Part shown: positions 20,576 to 32,417 of the stretch, one piece after another | How positions within the stretch are numbered: position 1 is the first letter of the stretch | How the letters are laid out: every line of letters starts with the position of its first letter | DNA from: Pseudomonadota bacterium | Lineage (GTDB): Bacteria > Pseudomonadota > Gammaproteobacteria > Steroidobacterales > GCA-2729495 | Assembly: GCA_963205295.1 (NCBI GenBank) | Contig: CAUJIY010000042.1 | Location: forward strand, 679-64,678 | Length of the DNA: 64,000 nucleotides | Reading direction: 5' to 3' | Program-made: the position numbers and the translations under genes | Notes under the pieces: model-generated | What the model was told of the DNA's origin: nothing | Database searches by the model: none | The model's input: only the letters and a program-made list of their open reading frames with translations

Positions 20576-22318
20576 ATGACGACGAGCAACCAGGCCCTGC
20601 GCCAGTGGGTCGAAGCCACGGCTACCCTCACGAAACCCGACCGCATCCACTGGTGTGACGGCAGCGACGCCGAGTACGGCGAACTGGTCCAGCTCATGCT
20701 CCGGCGCGGTGACCTCCTGCCGCTCAATGCGGAAACCTACCCGGACTGCTACCTGCACCGCTCCGACCCGACCGATGTCGCCCGCGTCGAGCATCTGACC
20801 TTCGTGTGCACGCCCGACCGGGCCGAGGCCGGCCCGAACAACCACTGGCTCGCACCCGCCGAGGCCCGCACCCGCATGGATGGCCTGTTCGAGGGCTGCA
20901 TGCGCGGGCGCACCCTGTACGTCATCCCCTACTGCATGGGACCGATCGAGTCGCCCTACGCCCGTTGCGGCGTGGAGATCACCGACAGCCCCTACGTCGT
21001 CGCCAACATGAAGCTGATGACGCGCATGGGCCGGGCGGCCCTGCAGCGCATCGAGCGCGAAGGCCGCTTCGTGCGCGGCCTGCACTCGACCGGGGACCTG
21101 AACCCGGAACGGCGCTTCATCATGCACTTCCCGCATGAACTGCTGATCCAGAGCATCGGCTCGGGCTATGGCGGCAACGCACTGCTCGGCAAGAAGTGCC
21201 ACGCCCTGCGCATCGCCAGCTGGCAGGCGCGCCAGGAGGGCTGGCTCGCCGAGCACATGCTGATCCTAGAACTCGAGAGCCCCGCCGGCGAGAAGCACTA
21301 CCTCGCCGCCGCCTTCCCGTCGGCCTGCGGCAAGACCAACCTCGCCATGCTCATCCCGCCGGCGTCGATGCCCGGCTGGAAGGTGCGCACCCTCGGCGAC
21401 GATATCGCCTGGCTGCACTTCGACGCCGCCGGCGTGCTGCGTGCGATCAATCCCGAGTCCGGCTACTTCGGCGTGGTCCCAGGCACCAATGCCAAGACCA
21501 ACCGCAACGCCTTCGAGATGATCCGCCACGACACCATCTTCACCAACGTCGGGCTCAATGCGCGCAACGAGCCCTGGTGGGAAGACAAGGACAAGGAGCA
21601 GCCGGTCACGGACTGGCGCGGGCGCCCATGGACGCCCGGCAGCGGCCCGGCAGCCCACCCGAACGCGCGCTTCACCGTCGCCGCACACCAGAATGCGAGC
21701 TACTCGCCGCTCGCCGACGACCCGGCGGGTGTGCCGATCAGCGCCATCATCTTCGGCGGGCGGCGCCGCGAACTGGCGCCTCTCGTCTACCAGGCGCGCG
21801 ACTGGCGCCACGGGGTGCTGGTCGGGGCTGCAGTCGCTTCGGAAACCACGGCTGCTGCCACCGGTGCCGTCGGCGTGACGCGCCGCGACCCGATGGCGAT
21901 GAAGCCATTCTGCGGCTACAACTTCGCCGACTACTGGGGGCACTGGCTGAGCATCGACGACGGCAGCCGCCAGCTGCCGAAGGTCTTCCACGTGAACTGG
22001 TTCCGCCAGGGCCAGGACGGTCGCTTCCTCTGGCCCGGATTCGGCGACAACCTGCGGGTGCTGCGCTGGATCGTCGATCGCTGTGCCGGGCGCGTCGGCG
22101 CCCGCGAGACGCCGATCGGCTACCTGCCGCAACCCACCGACCTCGACCAGCAGGGCCTCGCGCTCGACCCGGCGGTGCTCGACTCACTGCTCGCGGTGGA
22201 CGCGGTGAGCTGGCGCCGGGAAATGCAGGATATCGCCGCCTATTTCGCCGAGTTCGGCGACCGGGTTCCGGCCGGCCTGCTGGCGGAACACCGCCGCGTG
22301 GTCGCCGCGCTGGGCTGA
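20576..22318 (+). CDS. pckG: phosphoenolpyruvate carboxykinase (GTP)
   Basis: 580 aa, GTP-PEPCK signatures (SIGSGYGGNALLGKKC, FPSACGKTN, NWFR). Confidence 0.95.
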   Translation: MTTSNQALRQWVEATATLTKPDRIHWCDGSDAEYGELVQLMLRRGDLLPLNAETYPDCYLHRSDPTDVARVEHLTFVCTPDRAEAGPNNHWLAPAEARTRMDGLFEGCMRGRTLYVIPYCMGPIESPYARCGVEITDSPYVVANMKLMTRMGRAALQRIEREGRFVRGLHSTGDLNPERRFIMHFPHELLIQSIGSGYGGNALLGKKCHALRIASWQARQEGWLAEHMLILELESPAGEKHYLAAAFPSACGKTNLAMLIPPASMPGWKVRTLGDDIAWLHFDAAGVLRAINPESGYFGVVPGTNAKTNRNAFEMIRHDTIFTNVGLNARNEPWWEDKDKEQPVTDWRGRPWTPGSGPAAHPNARFTVAAHQNASYSPLADDPAGVPISAIIFGGRRRELAPLVYQARDWRHGVLVGAAVASETTAAATGAVGVTRRDPMAMKPFCGYNFADYWGHWLSIDDGSRQLPKVFHVNWFRQGQDGRFLWPGFGDNLRVLRWIVDRCAGRVGARETPIGYLPQPTDLDQQGLALDPAVLDSLLAVDAVSWRREMQDIAAYFAEFGDRVPAGLLAEHRRVVAALG

Positions 22319-22361
22319 GCGCGCAGCCCGGGACCACGCGCCGGCTCCGTACCGGTGCGGC

Positions 22362-23300
22362 TCACTCCTCGCAGCTGTACTCGATGGCGAGCGGCGTGCC
22401 GCGCGCCGCCAGGCGGCCCATGCCGATGACGCCGCTGCCGCTGAGTTCGGCGGAATCGCGGCGCACGTAGACTTCCTCGCCGTCGTCGCGCTGGATGAAC
22501 GTTCCGTTGGTGCTCTCGTCGATGAGCACGAAGCGGTTCTTGCGCATGTCGATGCGGGCGTGCACACGCGAGATCAGGTTGCCCTTGATGACGACGTCGT
22601 TCTCGTCGGCACGGCCCATGCTCGCCGCCGTCTTGCTGCTGTCGCCGAGCACCAGTTCCTTGCCGCGGAAGCGCAGGCGCAGCCTGCCTGCCGCCGGCAC
22701 CTCGGGTGCGGTCCAGCTGATCGAAGGCAACATGCTGGTCGCCTCCTCCGGCTGCCACATCACCTCGAAGAGCGCCATCTCGCTCGAGTGGCCCTTGACG
22801 GTGGCCACGTCGATCTGACGGGCGAGCGCCCGCCATTCGCCGGTGAGCTGCTCCACCGTGACGGCCGTGGTGAGAATCTGCCCCGCCTTGGCCTGGGAGG
22901 TCATGCGGTTCGCGGTGTGCACGGCAGCGCCGAATATGTCGCGATCCTCGGCGACGACCGGGCCGAAGTGGCAGCCGATGCGGATGGCCACGCGCGTGCC
23001 CTCGGGGCGCTGCTGGCTGGCGCTGGTGATGCGCTTCTGCATCTGGCTGCCGGCGCTCATCGCGTCGTCAGCCGACGGGAAGGTCGCCATGATCTCGTCG
23101 CCCATGGTCTTGATGACGGTGCCACCGAAGTGCTCGGTGGCCTCGCGCATCACCTTCAGGCACTGCTGCACGGTGTCGCGGGCGCGCTCGTCGCCCATCG
23201 CCTCGTACAGGTGGGTACTGCCGACCACGTCCGCGAACAGGATGGCGACTTCCTTGCCCAGACCTTCAGCCACGGCGCTCCGTTCAGCAGAATATGTCAA
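22362..23300 (-). CDS. class III adenylate/guanylate cyclase with C-terminal FHA domain
   Basis: N-terminal cyclase catalytic domain (ILFADVVGSTHLYE ... GGTVIKTMGDEIMATF ... RIGCHFGPV). C-terminal FHA-like segment (MGRADENDVVIKGNLISRVHARIDMRKNRFVLIDESTNGTFI). Confidence 0.85.
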   Translation of the reverse strand: MTYSAERSAVAEGLGKEVAILFADVVGSTHLYEAMGDERARDTVQQCLKVMREATEHFGGTVIKTMGDEIMATFPSADDAMSAGSQMQKRITSASQQRPEGTRVAIRIGCHFGPVVAEDRDIFGAAVHTANRMTSQAKAGQILTTAVTVEQLTGEWRALARQIDVATVKGHSSEMALFEVMWQPEEATSMLPSISWTAPEVPAAGRLRLRFRGKELVLGDSSKTAASMGRADENDVVIKGNLISRVHARIDMRKNRFVLIDESTNGTFIQRDDGEEVYVRRDSAELSGSGVIGMGRLAARGTPLAIEYSCEE

Positions 23301-23365
23301 ACGATGCTGGAAGGATTATACGGGAAGCCCGGCCGATGCAAGGAGTGCACGGGTCGGCCTCCCGC

Positions 23366-24256
23366 TCATTTCTCCGCGACGATATAGGCCACCCAGCCCG
23401 CATCGGCGTCGCCCAGGGCCTCGGGCAGGAATTCCCCGTTGCCACCCCCGTCGCCGTCGTCGCCCTCCCAGTACACGGTCGAGCGACGGAACCCGGCCTC
23501 GGCCAGGAGCTCCTGCAGCTCGGGCAGCGTCCACAGGCGCCACTCATAGGTGAAAGCCCGCTCGAGGCGCGAGCGGTCGGGGAAGCGGAAGTGGATGTGG
23601 CAGGTGAGATCGCCCGTCACCGGGCGGAACTCGGCCTGGTCCCAGACGTAGGTGAAGCGGCGAAAGTGCGTGTACTCCTCCATCTCGCGGCCCGCCTCGT
23701 AGCCGCCGAAGGCATCGAGCACCAGCAGCCCGTCGCGGCGCAGGCCGGCATGCACGGCGCGGAAGTAGCGGCCGAGCGTGGCGCGGTCCTTGAACACCCA
23801 GTAGCTGAAATTGAGGGCCGCCACGACGTCCACACGTGGCAGGCGCGCTTCGAGGACGTTGGCCTGCACGAGCCGCACCCGGGCACGCGCCGCCGGGCTC
23901 AGACGCGACAGCCGGTGCTGCCGGCCCCAGGCAAGGACCCCGGCATCGAGATCGACGCCGTAGGCATGGCAGCGCGCCCCGCGACGGGCCCACTCGCAGG
24001 CGGCACTCGCCGATCCGGAGAAATCCTCGCGCAGGACCAGCGGCATCCGCCCCCGCAGCTTGCGGTAGGTGCTGCGCAGGAAGTCGACCTCCGCCACCGG
24101 GTCGTGCACCGCTGCCTCGTAGAGTTCGTAGCGGTCGGCCTTCTCGGCCAGCGTCGGCCGGGGCTGGCCCGCAGTACGCCTGCGCTTTCTCGTCACGGGT
24201 GCTCCTCGTTCATCGGGTTGGTCTGGCCAGGGCCGGTGGGACACCAGCCTGGCCAT
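23366..24256 (-). CDS. class I SAM-dependent methyltransferase
   Basis: Internal Met at 24256 (MARLVSHRPW...), Rossmann-type methyltransferase segments (LREDFSGSASAACEW, VDVVAALNFSYWVF, LLVLDAFGG). The longer ORF-track start would overlap dusA. Confidence 0.72.
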   Translation of the reverse strand: MARLVSHRPWPDQPDERGAPVTRKRRRTAGQPRPTLAEKADRYELYEAAVHDPVAEVDFLRSTYRKLRGRMPLVLREDFSGSASAACEWARRGARCHAYGVDLDAGVLAWGRQHRLSRLSPAARARVRLVQANVLEARLPRVDVVAALNFSYWVFKDRATLGRYFRAVHAGLRRDGLLVLDAFGGYEAGREMEEYTHFRRFTYVWDQAEFRPVTGDLTCHIHFRFPDRSRLERAFTYEWRLWTLPELQELLAEAGFRRSTVYWEGDDGDGGGNGEFLPEALGDADAGWVAYIVAEK

Positions 24257-24275
24257 GGGATCCTGTCCGGCCGGT

Positions 24276-25256
24276 TCAGACCGCTGCCACGGCCGCCAGC
24301 GAGTGCAGCAGCACGTCGGCCGTGGCGTCGTCGCCGCCGGCCCGTTCGGCGAGGAACCGGCGCCAGCCGCGTGCGCCCGGCACGCCGCGGTACAGGCCGA
24401 GCATGTGACGGGTGATGTGATGGGGACGCACACCTCGCGCCTGCTCGCGCCCGAGGTAGGCGTGCATCGCGCGCACCACGGCGCCCCGGTCGGGCAGGCC
24501 GGCGCAGCCATGGAAGCGCGCCTGTACGTCAGCGAGAAACCAGGGATCGTCGGCCGCCTTGCGGCCGAGCATCACCCCGTCGACCCGTTCGAGCGCAGCC
24601 GCGATGCCATCGAGCGAGTCGAAGCCCCCGTTGACGACGATGCGCAGCTGCGGGAACTCCTGCTTCAGCCGGAACACGACCTCGTGGCGCAGCGGTGGCA
24701 CGGTGCGGTTGGCGCGCGGAGAAAGTCCCTGCAACAGCGCCTTGCGGGCGTGCACGATGAACGTCCCGCAACCGGCGGCGGCGACCCGCGTGACAAAGCC
24801 GGCGAGGAAGGCGAAGTCATCGTGGTCGTCGATGCCGATCCGGGTCTTCACCGTCACCGGCACCGTGACGGCGGCGCGCATCGCCGCCACGCACCGGGCC
24901 ACGAGATCGGGCTCGGCCATGAGGCAGGCACCGAGCCGCCCGGAGCTGACACGTGCGCTCGGGCAGCCGATGTTGAGGTTGATCTCGTCGTAGCCGAAGC
25001 CGGCAGCGATGCGGCTCGCCTCGGCGAGTGATGCCGGATCGTTGCCCGCCAGCTGCACGGCAACCGGGTGTTCGGCCGGGTCGAAGCCGAGCAGGTGCTG
25101 ACGGTCACCGTGCAGCACGGCCGCGGCGCTGACCATTTCCGTATACAGCTGCAGCCCCGGCGCGATCTGCCGCAGGAAATAGCGGCAATGCCGGTCGGTC
25201 ACGTCCATCATGGGGGCGACCGACAGCAGTGGCGGGTTTCCGGCAGGTTGCGACAT
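24276..25256 (-). CDS. dusA: tRNA dihydrouridine(20/20a) synthase
   Basis: LSVAPMMDVTDRHCRYF N-terminus and a TIM-barrel Dus sequence (INLNIGCPS). Start placed at Met 25256. Confidence 0.92.
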   Translation of the reverse strand: MSQPAGNPPLLSVAPMMDVTDRHCRYFLRQIAPGLQLYTEMVSAAAVLHGDRQHLLGFDPAEHPVAVQLAGNDPASLAEASRIAAGFGYDEINLNIGCPSARVSSGRLGACLMAEPDLVARCVAAMRAAVTVPVTVKTRIGIDDHDDFAFLAGFVTRVAAAGCGTFIVHARKALLQGLSPRANRTVPPLRHEVVFRLKQEFPQLRIVVNGGFDSLDGIAAALERVDGVMLGRKAADDPWFLADVQARFHGCAGLPDRGAVVRAMHAYLGREQARGVRPHHITRHMLGLYRGVPGARGWRRFLAERAGGDDATADVLLHSLAAVAAV

Positions 25257-25412
25257 CGCGGCTGGTTTTCCGGCGCGCCCGGCGCGCGCCCATGCTGGAG
25301 GCGGCGGATGTTGACGCAGGCGCCGGCGCAGGGTCAAGCCTGTGCGACAGTGCCGGACGGGTCGCGCGCCGAGAGCCTATAATTCCCCGGTCACCGTCGC
25401 GGGCCTTTACGC

Positions 25413-26408
25413 ATGTCAGCCAGAGCCATCCTCGTCACCGGCGGTGCCGGCTACATCGGCAGCCACGTCGTACGCCAGCTCGGCGAGGCAGGCGAGCGGC
25501 TCGTCGTTCTCGACAACCTGAGCACGGGGTTCCGCTCCGCCGTCACCCACGGCACGCTGGTGGTCGGCGACACGGGCGATGCCGAACTCGTCGGCCGCGT
25601 GCTGCGCGAGTTCGACGTCGACACCGTCATGCACTTCGCCGCCCACACGATCGTCCCGGAGTCCGTAGCCGACCCGCTCAAGTACTACCGCAACAACACC
25701 TGCGCCAGCCGCAACCTGCTCGGTGCCTGCCAGCGTGCCGGGATAGCCCACTTCGTGTTTTCCTCGACGGCGGCGGTGTACGGCATTCCGCCCGCAGGCC
25801 GGGCCGCCGAGGACAGCCCGACCGTACCGATCAATCCCTACGGCAGCTCCAAGCTCATGACCGAGTGGATGCTACGCGACCTGGCCGCTGCCACGGCACT
25901 GCGCCACGTGACACTGCGCTACTTCAACGTGGCCGGAGCCGACCCGGGCGGGCGCATCGGCCAGTCGACCCGCCACGCCACGCTGCTCACCAAGGTGGCC
26001 TGCGAGGCGGCAGTCGGCAAGCGACCGCACGTCTCGGTCTTCGGCACCGACTACGACACGCCCGACGGTACCGGAGTGCGCGACTACATCCACGTCGAAG
26101 ATCTCGCCACGGCGCATGTCGACGCCCTGCGCTACCTGCGCAGTGGTGGCCAACCGGTCACGCTCAACTGCGGCTATGGCCACGGCTACAGCGTGCGCGA
26201 ACTGATCGCCGCCGTGCAACGGGCCGCCGGCCGCGCCCTGGTGGTACGCGAGGAAGCGCGCCGCGCCGGCGATCCGCCCGTGCTGGTCGCGGCCGCCGAA
26301 CGCATCCGCACGGTGCTCGGCTGGCAGCCGCTGCACGACGACCTCGATGCCATCGTGCGCACCTCGCTCGCCTGGGAACGCCACCTGCTGAACACCCCGG
26401 CGAGCTGA
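25413..26408 (+). CDS. galE: UDP-glucose 4-epimerase
   Basis: 331 aa with ILVTGGAGYIGSH, a YGSSK catalytic motif and an extended-SDR fold. Confidence 0.92.
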   Translation: MSARAILVTGGAGYIGSHVVRQLGEAGERLVVLDNLSTGFRSAVTHGTLVVGDTGDAELVGRVLREFDVDTVMHFAAHTIVPESVADPLKYYRNNTCASRNLLGACQRAGIAHFVFSSTAAVYGIPPAGRAAEDSPTVPINPYGSSKLMTEWMLRDLAAATALRHVTLRYFNVAGADPGGRIGQSTRHATLLTKVACEAAVGKRPHVSVFGTDYDTPDGTGVRDYIHVEDLATAHVDALRYLRSGGQPVTLNCGYGHGYSVRELIAAVQRAAGRALVVREEARRAGDPPVLVAAAERIRTVLGWQPLHDDLDAIVRTSLAWERHLLNTPAS

Positions 26409-26422
26409 TCAGGCGCGGGCCC

Positions 26423-27786
<1,364 letters not shown>

Positions 27787-27790
<4 letters not shown>

Positions 27791-29886
27791 GTCGCACTCC
27801 CTTCAGCCACCGCCTCGGCCGGCTCCGCCAGTGGCAGGCGGATGGTAATACAGGTGCCGCTGCCCGGTTCGGACTCGACCCCGAGCGAGCCGCCGCTGTC
27901 GACGACGAAGGTTCGCGCCTGATAGGCACCGATGCCCATGCCCTTGCTCCCCTTGGTGGTGTCGAACGGGCGGAACAGACGCGTGCGGATGAACTCGGCG
28001 TCCATGCCGCAGCCGTCGTCCTCGATGGTGATGACCGCCTGGCCACCCTCGCGCCGCGCCCGTATGGTGACGTGGCCACCGGTCCCGGTGGCGTCCTGCG
28101 CGTTGCGAATCAGGTGGGCGGCGACCATGGCGAAGCGCTCGCGGTCGAGCTGCGAACACAGCCGCTCGTCGACCGGCTCGAGCTGCGGTTCAGGTGCACC
28201 ACCCCGGCAGCGCTCCACCGCCTCCTGCAGGCTGGCGCCAAGGCGCACCCGGGTGCGCCGGCCGCTGGTTTCCCCGCTCTGCAGCTGCTGGAGCAGCTTG
28301 CTCATGCGGGCCACCGAATTCTCGATGGTGGCGATCGTGTCCTCGAAGAAATCCGGGTTGCCCTTGTGGCGCGCCGCGTTCCTGACCACCAGCGACTGCT
28401 GCGCTATCAGGTTCTTCAGGTCGTGCATCAGGAACGCCGTCAGGCGGTTGAACGCCTCGAACTGCTTGACCTCGGCGAGTCGCTGGTCGGCCTCGTACTG
28501 GGCGAGGTGTGCCGCAACCTGCCGGCCCGTGGTGCGCAACAGATCGATCTCCTCGAACGTCAGGCGGAATGCCGAACTCGACTGCAACAGGAGCATGAAT
28601 CCGGTCAGCGTCTCGTTGCTGAACAGCGGTACCAGCAACAACGCATCGGGAAACTGGTCGAGCCACTGCGGCCGCGACAGGCCGTTGTACATCGCCGGGT
28701 TGCGCGCCAGTTCGGCCGTGTCGAAGATCCACTGCTTCTCGGCCATGAACGCGACAGTCGGATCGTCGAGGCGCACGCGCGCATCGGACCACATCCTGGT
28801 GTTCCAGCCCGCGGTGCAGACCAGCAGGTCCTCCGGCTCGCGCCGCAGCCAGAGCAGCCCGGCCGGACTGTTGACGATCTGCGCCACCGCCTTGATGGCC
28901 CGCTCCGGCAGCGGCAGGCGCGGATCCGGCGAGGACAGCGTGGCGATCAGGCGCAGCCACTCGGTGCGGTAGTTGTAGCGGTAGGTACGCAGGTGCTTGC
29001 TGAGCCACACCCGCGCCCGGGCGGCGAGCCGCTGCGAGAACAGCAGCGCCGCCACCGGCAGCCCGCCCAGGGCGATGCCGAGCACGGCGATCCACGGCCC
29101 GAATGACGGCGCCAGCGAGCGACAGAACGGAACCGCGACGAGCAGGGTGACGAACACGCCGGCGATGATGATGAATCGCGGCGCGTAGCTGCGCGCCTGC
29201 GGAGAAATGAAGATCGCCAGCGACCACTGCGGCTGCAGGTAGACGACTCCGAGCAGCAGCAGGACGGCAACCGTCGTCGCGGCGGCCTCAGCCGCCAGCA
29301 CCGGCGCCGGCACGGTTCCGGCAAGCAACGCGACACCATTGGCGATGACATCCCCGCTGGCCGCCATGGCCGCCGCAGCGACGAGCCGCATCAGCGCACG
29401 GCGTCCCTCGACGGGAGCGTCGCGGCGCACCTGCGCGGCCAGGGCGAGGCACAGCAGCGCCGCCGCGATGACGGTTGCATCGAGCATGCCGGAGGCAACC
29501 AGCACCTGCCCGCGCACGTACCACATCCAGGCTGCGAATCCGCCGAGTGCCGCAAACAGCAGCCAGAGCAGCGCCAGCACGCGGCGCACGGAGTCCGGCA
29601 TGGACTGGCCGTAAGGACCGCGCAGCACCCGATGCAGCACCAGAAACCAGCTGCCGCTGTAGACCGTTTCGGCAAGGAAACCTGCCGGATCAAGCGGCGG
29701 CAACACGCCACCGGCGCAGGCCAGGGCCTGTGCTCCGCTCCATGCCATGCCGGCAAGGGCCAGTACCAGCAGCAGCCAGCGCAACAGCCCCCGGCCGCCG
29801 GCCACGAGCACATAACCGAGCAGCAGCGCGTGTGCCACGGCGGCACACCAGTACCAGGCCGATGGGTTCAGAGACGAGGCCAGCAC
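27787..29886 (-). CDS. prsK: PEP-CTERM system histidine kinase PrsK
   Basis: 699 aa with roughly 8-10 N-terminal TM segments, a GAF-like middle, an H-box (FLMHDLKNLIAQ) and an HATPase region (GMGIGAYQ). Architecture and pairing with PrsR are typical of TIGR02916-type kinases. Confidence 0.84.
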
Positions 29887-29992
29887 ACCCTGCCCGCCCG
29901 CACACGACGGACGGCCCTACGCGCCGCGAAGCGACAACCTGCTGAATGGTAGAGTAAATCCGGCGGGTCCGTCCAAGATCCCGCTCACAGCG

Positions 29993-31546
29993 TCAGATCT
30001 TGCGGTCGCGACCCTCCCAGAACGGGTCGCGCAGCTTGCGCTTGAAGATCTTGCCGCTTTCCTCGCGTGGCAGGCTGGCGACGAACTCGATGTGCCGCGG
30101 CAGCTTGTAGCCCGCGAGGTGCGCACCCAGCTCGCGCCGCACCCGCTCCGCGTCGGGCACCGCACCGGGCTGCAGCTGGATGAATGCGCAGACCTGCTCG
30201 CCGTAGGTCGGATCCGGGATGCCGAACACCGCGCAGTCGGCCACGCCGGGCAGTTTCATCAGTTCGGCTTCGATCTCCGCCGGATAGATGTTCGTGCCAC
30301 CGAAGATGATCATGTCGCCCGCACGCCCGCTCAGGTACAGGAAACCATCGGCGTCGAAGTAGCCCATGTCGCCGGTCGCGATCAGCTTGCCGCGGGCGGT
30401 GCGGCGCCGCTTCTCGTCATCACCGTGATAGGTGAAGTCCGCGAAGTTCTCGCGGAAACACATGATCTCGCCGACTTCGCCGGGCGGCAGCACGTTGCCC
30501 TCCGGGTCCATGACCACCACCACGGCACCAGCGATCACCCGCCCCACGGTACCTGGATGGGCGAGCCAGTCGCGCGCGTCGCAATAAGTGGCGGCACCGA
30601 TCTCCGTGCTGCCGTAGAACTCGGTGATCACCGGCCCCCACCAGTCGATCATCGCGCGCTTGATGTGCGGCGGGCACGGTGCGCCGATATGCATGACGTG
30701 CGCCACGCTGGCAAGGTCGTAGCCGTTCCTCACCGACTCGTCGAGCTCGAGCCAGCGCACGTACATCGTTGGCACCGCGAGCACGTGCGTCACGCGTTCG
30801 CGCTCGATCTGCGCAAGCGTGCCCCGGGCGTCGAAGCGCGGCTCCAGGCAGATGTTTGCCCCGAGCGCCAGCAGCCCGGTCATCCACACGCTCGGGCCGG
30901 AGTGGTAGGCCGGGCCCGGGATCAGCATCACCACCTCGTGCATGCGGCCAACGTAGGGATGCAGGCCGCCGACGAGCCGCAGGACTTCCGTGTTCGCCTC
31001 GAACTCCTCCGGCGTCGGCGGGTTGCGGCGCACACCCTTCGGGCGTCCGGTGGTTCCCGAGGTATAGATCATCGTGCCTGGTGCGATCGCATAGGGAGGC
31101 GGCTTTGGCTCCCATGAGTCCAGCCACGCCTCCCACTCGGTCATGCCTGCCGGTACGCCGGCCTCCCCGGCGGGAACCCGGTAGGCCGCGCACAGCGCGG
31201 GTGGTGTCCGCGCGACGATCACCTGCACGCCTGGTCGCGTGATGTCGGGGAGCCTGCGCAGCAGGTCGGCGTGGATCACCAGCACCTTCGCGCCGCAGTT
31301 CTCCAGGACGTAGCGGGCCTCGTCCGCGGTGTTGTGCCAGTTCACCGGCACGACGTAGGCGCCGGCCATGCCGGCGCCGATCATGATCTCCAGAACGGGG
31401 AAATCGTTGCGCAGCAGGGTGGCGACCACGTCGCCGGGCCCGACTCCGGCCTGCTCGAAGCCGCGTGCGGCACGGGCGGCACGCACCCTGATGTCCGCCG
31501 TAAGGCGGCGTTCCTCGCCGATCTTTACCCAGGGTTTCTGCTCCAT
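29993..31546 (-). CDS. AMP-dependent acyl-CoA synthetase/ligase
   Basis: 517 aa with the AMP-binding motif YTSGTTGRPKG and the C-terminal GDMGYFDADGFLYLSGRAGDMI. Confidence 0.85.
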   Translation of the reverse strand: MEQKPWVKIGEERRLTADIRVRAARAARGFEQAGVGPGDVVATLLRNDFPVLEIMIGAGMAGAYVVPVNWHNTADEARYVLENCGAKVLVIHADLLRRLPDITRPGVQVIVARTPPALCAAYRVPAGEAGVPAGMTEWEAWLDSWEPKPPPYAIAPGTMIYTSGTTGRPKGVRRNPPTPEEFEANTEVLRLVGGLHPYVGRMHEVVMLIPGPAYHSGPSVWMTGLLALGANICLEPRFDARGTLAQIERERVTHVLAVPTMYVRWLELDESVRNGYDLASVAHVMHIGAPCPPHIKRAMIDWWGPVITEFYGSTEIGAATYCDARDWLAHPGTVGRVIAGAVVVVMDPEGNVLPPGEVGEIMCFRENFADFTYHGDDEKRRRTARGKLIATGDMGYFDADGFLYLSGRAGDMIIFGGTNIYPAEIEAELMKLPGVADCAVFGIPDPTYGEQVCAFIQLQPGAVPDAERVRRELGAHLAGYKLPRHIEFVASLPREESGKIFKRKLRDPFWEGRDRKI

Positions 31547-31555
31547 CGCCGGCCC

Positions 31556-32377
31556 TCAGAGTGCCGTTGGCGTCGTCCCGCCGTCACAGCGCAGGGACGC
31601 TCCCGTCATGCCCGAAGCGCGCGCGCTGCAGAGGAAGGCAATCAGGCTCGCCACTTCCTCCGGTTCGAGCAGGCGGCGCACCAGCGAGGCACCGAAGCCG
31701 ACCTCGTCGCGCCAGGGGAAAGCCGGATCGTTGAAGTAGGCATCCATGAACGCCTCGAAGCTCATGCCATGGCGCGCCGCGAGCGGGCGCAGGAAGCCCT
31801 CGGTACGCTCGGTGCGCGTGAAGCCGGGCAGCACGGCATTGACCGTGACCGCGGTGCCCGCCGCTTCCTCGGCCAGCGCGCGCATCAGCGTCAGTTGCGC
31901 CATCTTGCCGGCCGCATACGGCACCATGACCGGCAATGGCCGCAGCGCGAGATCGCTCGCGATGAACACGATGCGACCCCAGCCGCTCGCGAGCATATGT
32001 TCGAAGTAGTGGCGGGTCAGTGTCGCGGTGACGGCGACATTGTTGCGCAGGGTCGTGGTCCACTCCGCGTCTGTCACCGTCGCGAACGGCTTGGGGCGTG
32101 TGTCCGCATAACCGTTGACGAGGATGTCGACGGCCGGCACCGCCGCGGTCAGCACGCGCACGCCGCCGTCCGCGGCGAGGTCAGCCGCCACCCCGTCGAC
32201 CTCGGCCGACGGGACCGCACGGCGCAGGGCTGCGACGGCCTGCCCGAGGCGCACCCCGCCCCGGCCATGCACCCACACCCGCGCGCCTTCCTCCGCGAGC
32301 AGACGTGCCGTGGCAAAACCGATGCCCTCGGTGGAAGCCGTGACGAGCGCCGTCCTGTCGGTGATAGCTGTGTGCAT
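31556..32377 (-). CDS. SDR family oxidoreductase
   Basis: 273 aa with a TASTEGIG dinucleotide-binding motif and a YxxxK-type segment (YAAGKMA). Confidence 0.83.
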   Translation of the reverse strand: MHTAITDRTALVTASTEGIGFATARLLAEEGARVWVHGRGGVRLGQAVAALRRAVPSAEVDGVAADLAADGGVRVLTAAVPAVDILVNGYADTRPKPFATVTDAEWTTTLRNNVAVTATLTRHYFEHMLASGWGRIVFIASDLALRPLPVMVPYAAGKMAQLTLMRALAEEAAGTAVTVNAVLPGFTRTERTEGFLRPLAARHGMSFEAFMDAYFNDPAFPWRDEVGFGASLVRRLLEPEEVASLIAFLCSARASGMTGASLRCDGGTTPTAL

Positions 32378-32417
32378 GGCGCGCCACGGTCCTCCCCGGC
32401 CACACCGGCGGTCGGTC

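Noticed and set aside
26409-26422. The 14-nt convergent gap between galE and prsR as a bidirectional terminator.
   Set aside because: It is too short, and no stable stem-loop or T-tract is apparent.
29993-31546. Calling the acyl-CoA synthetase the exosortase A-associated ligase.
   Set aside because: Only generic AMP-binding motifs are visible. Adjacency to prsK alone is not enough evidence without an HMM score.
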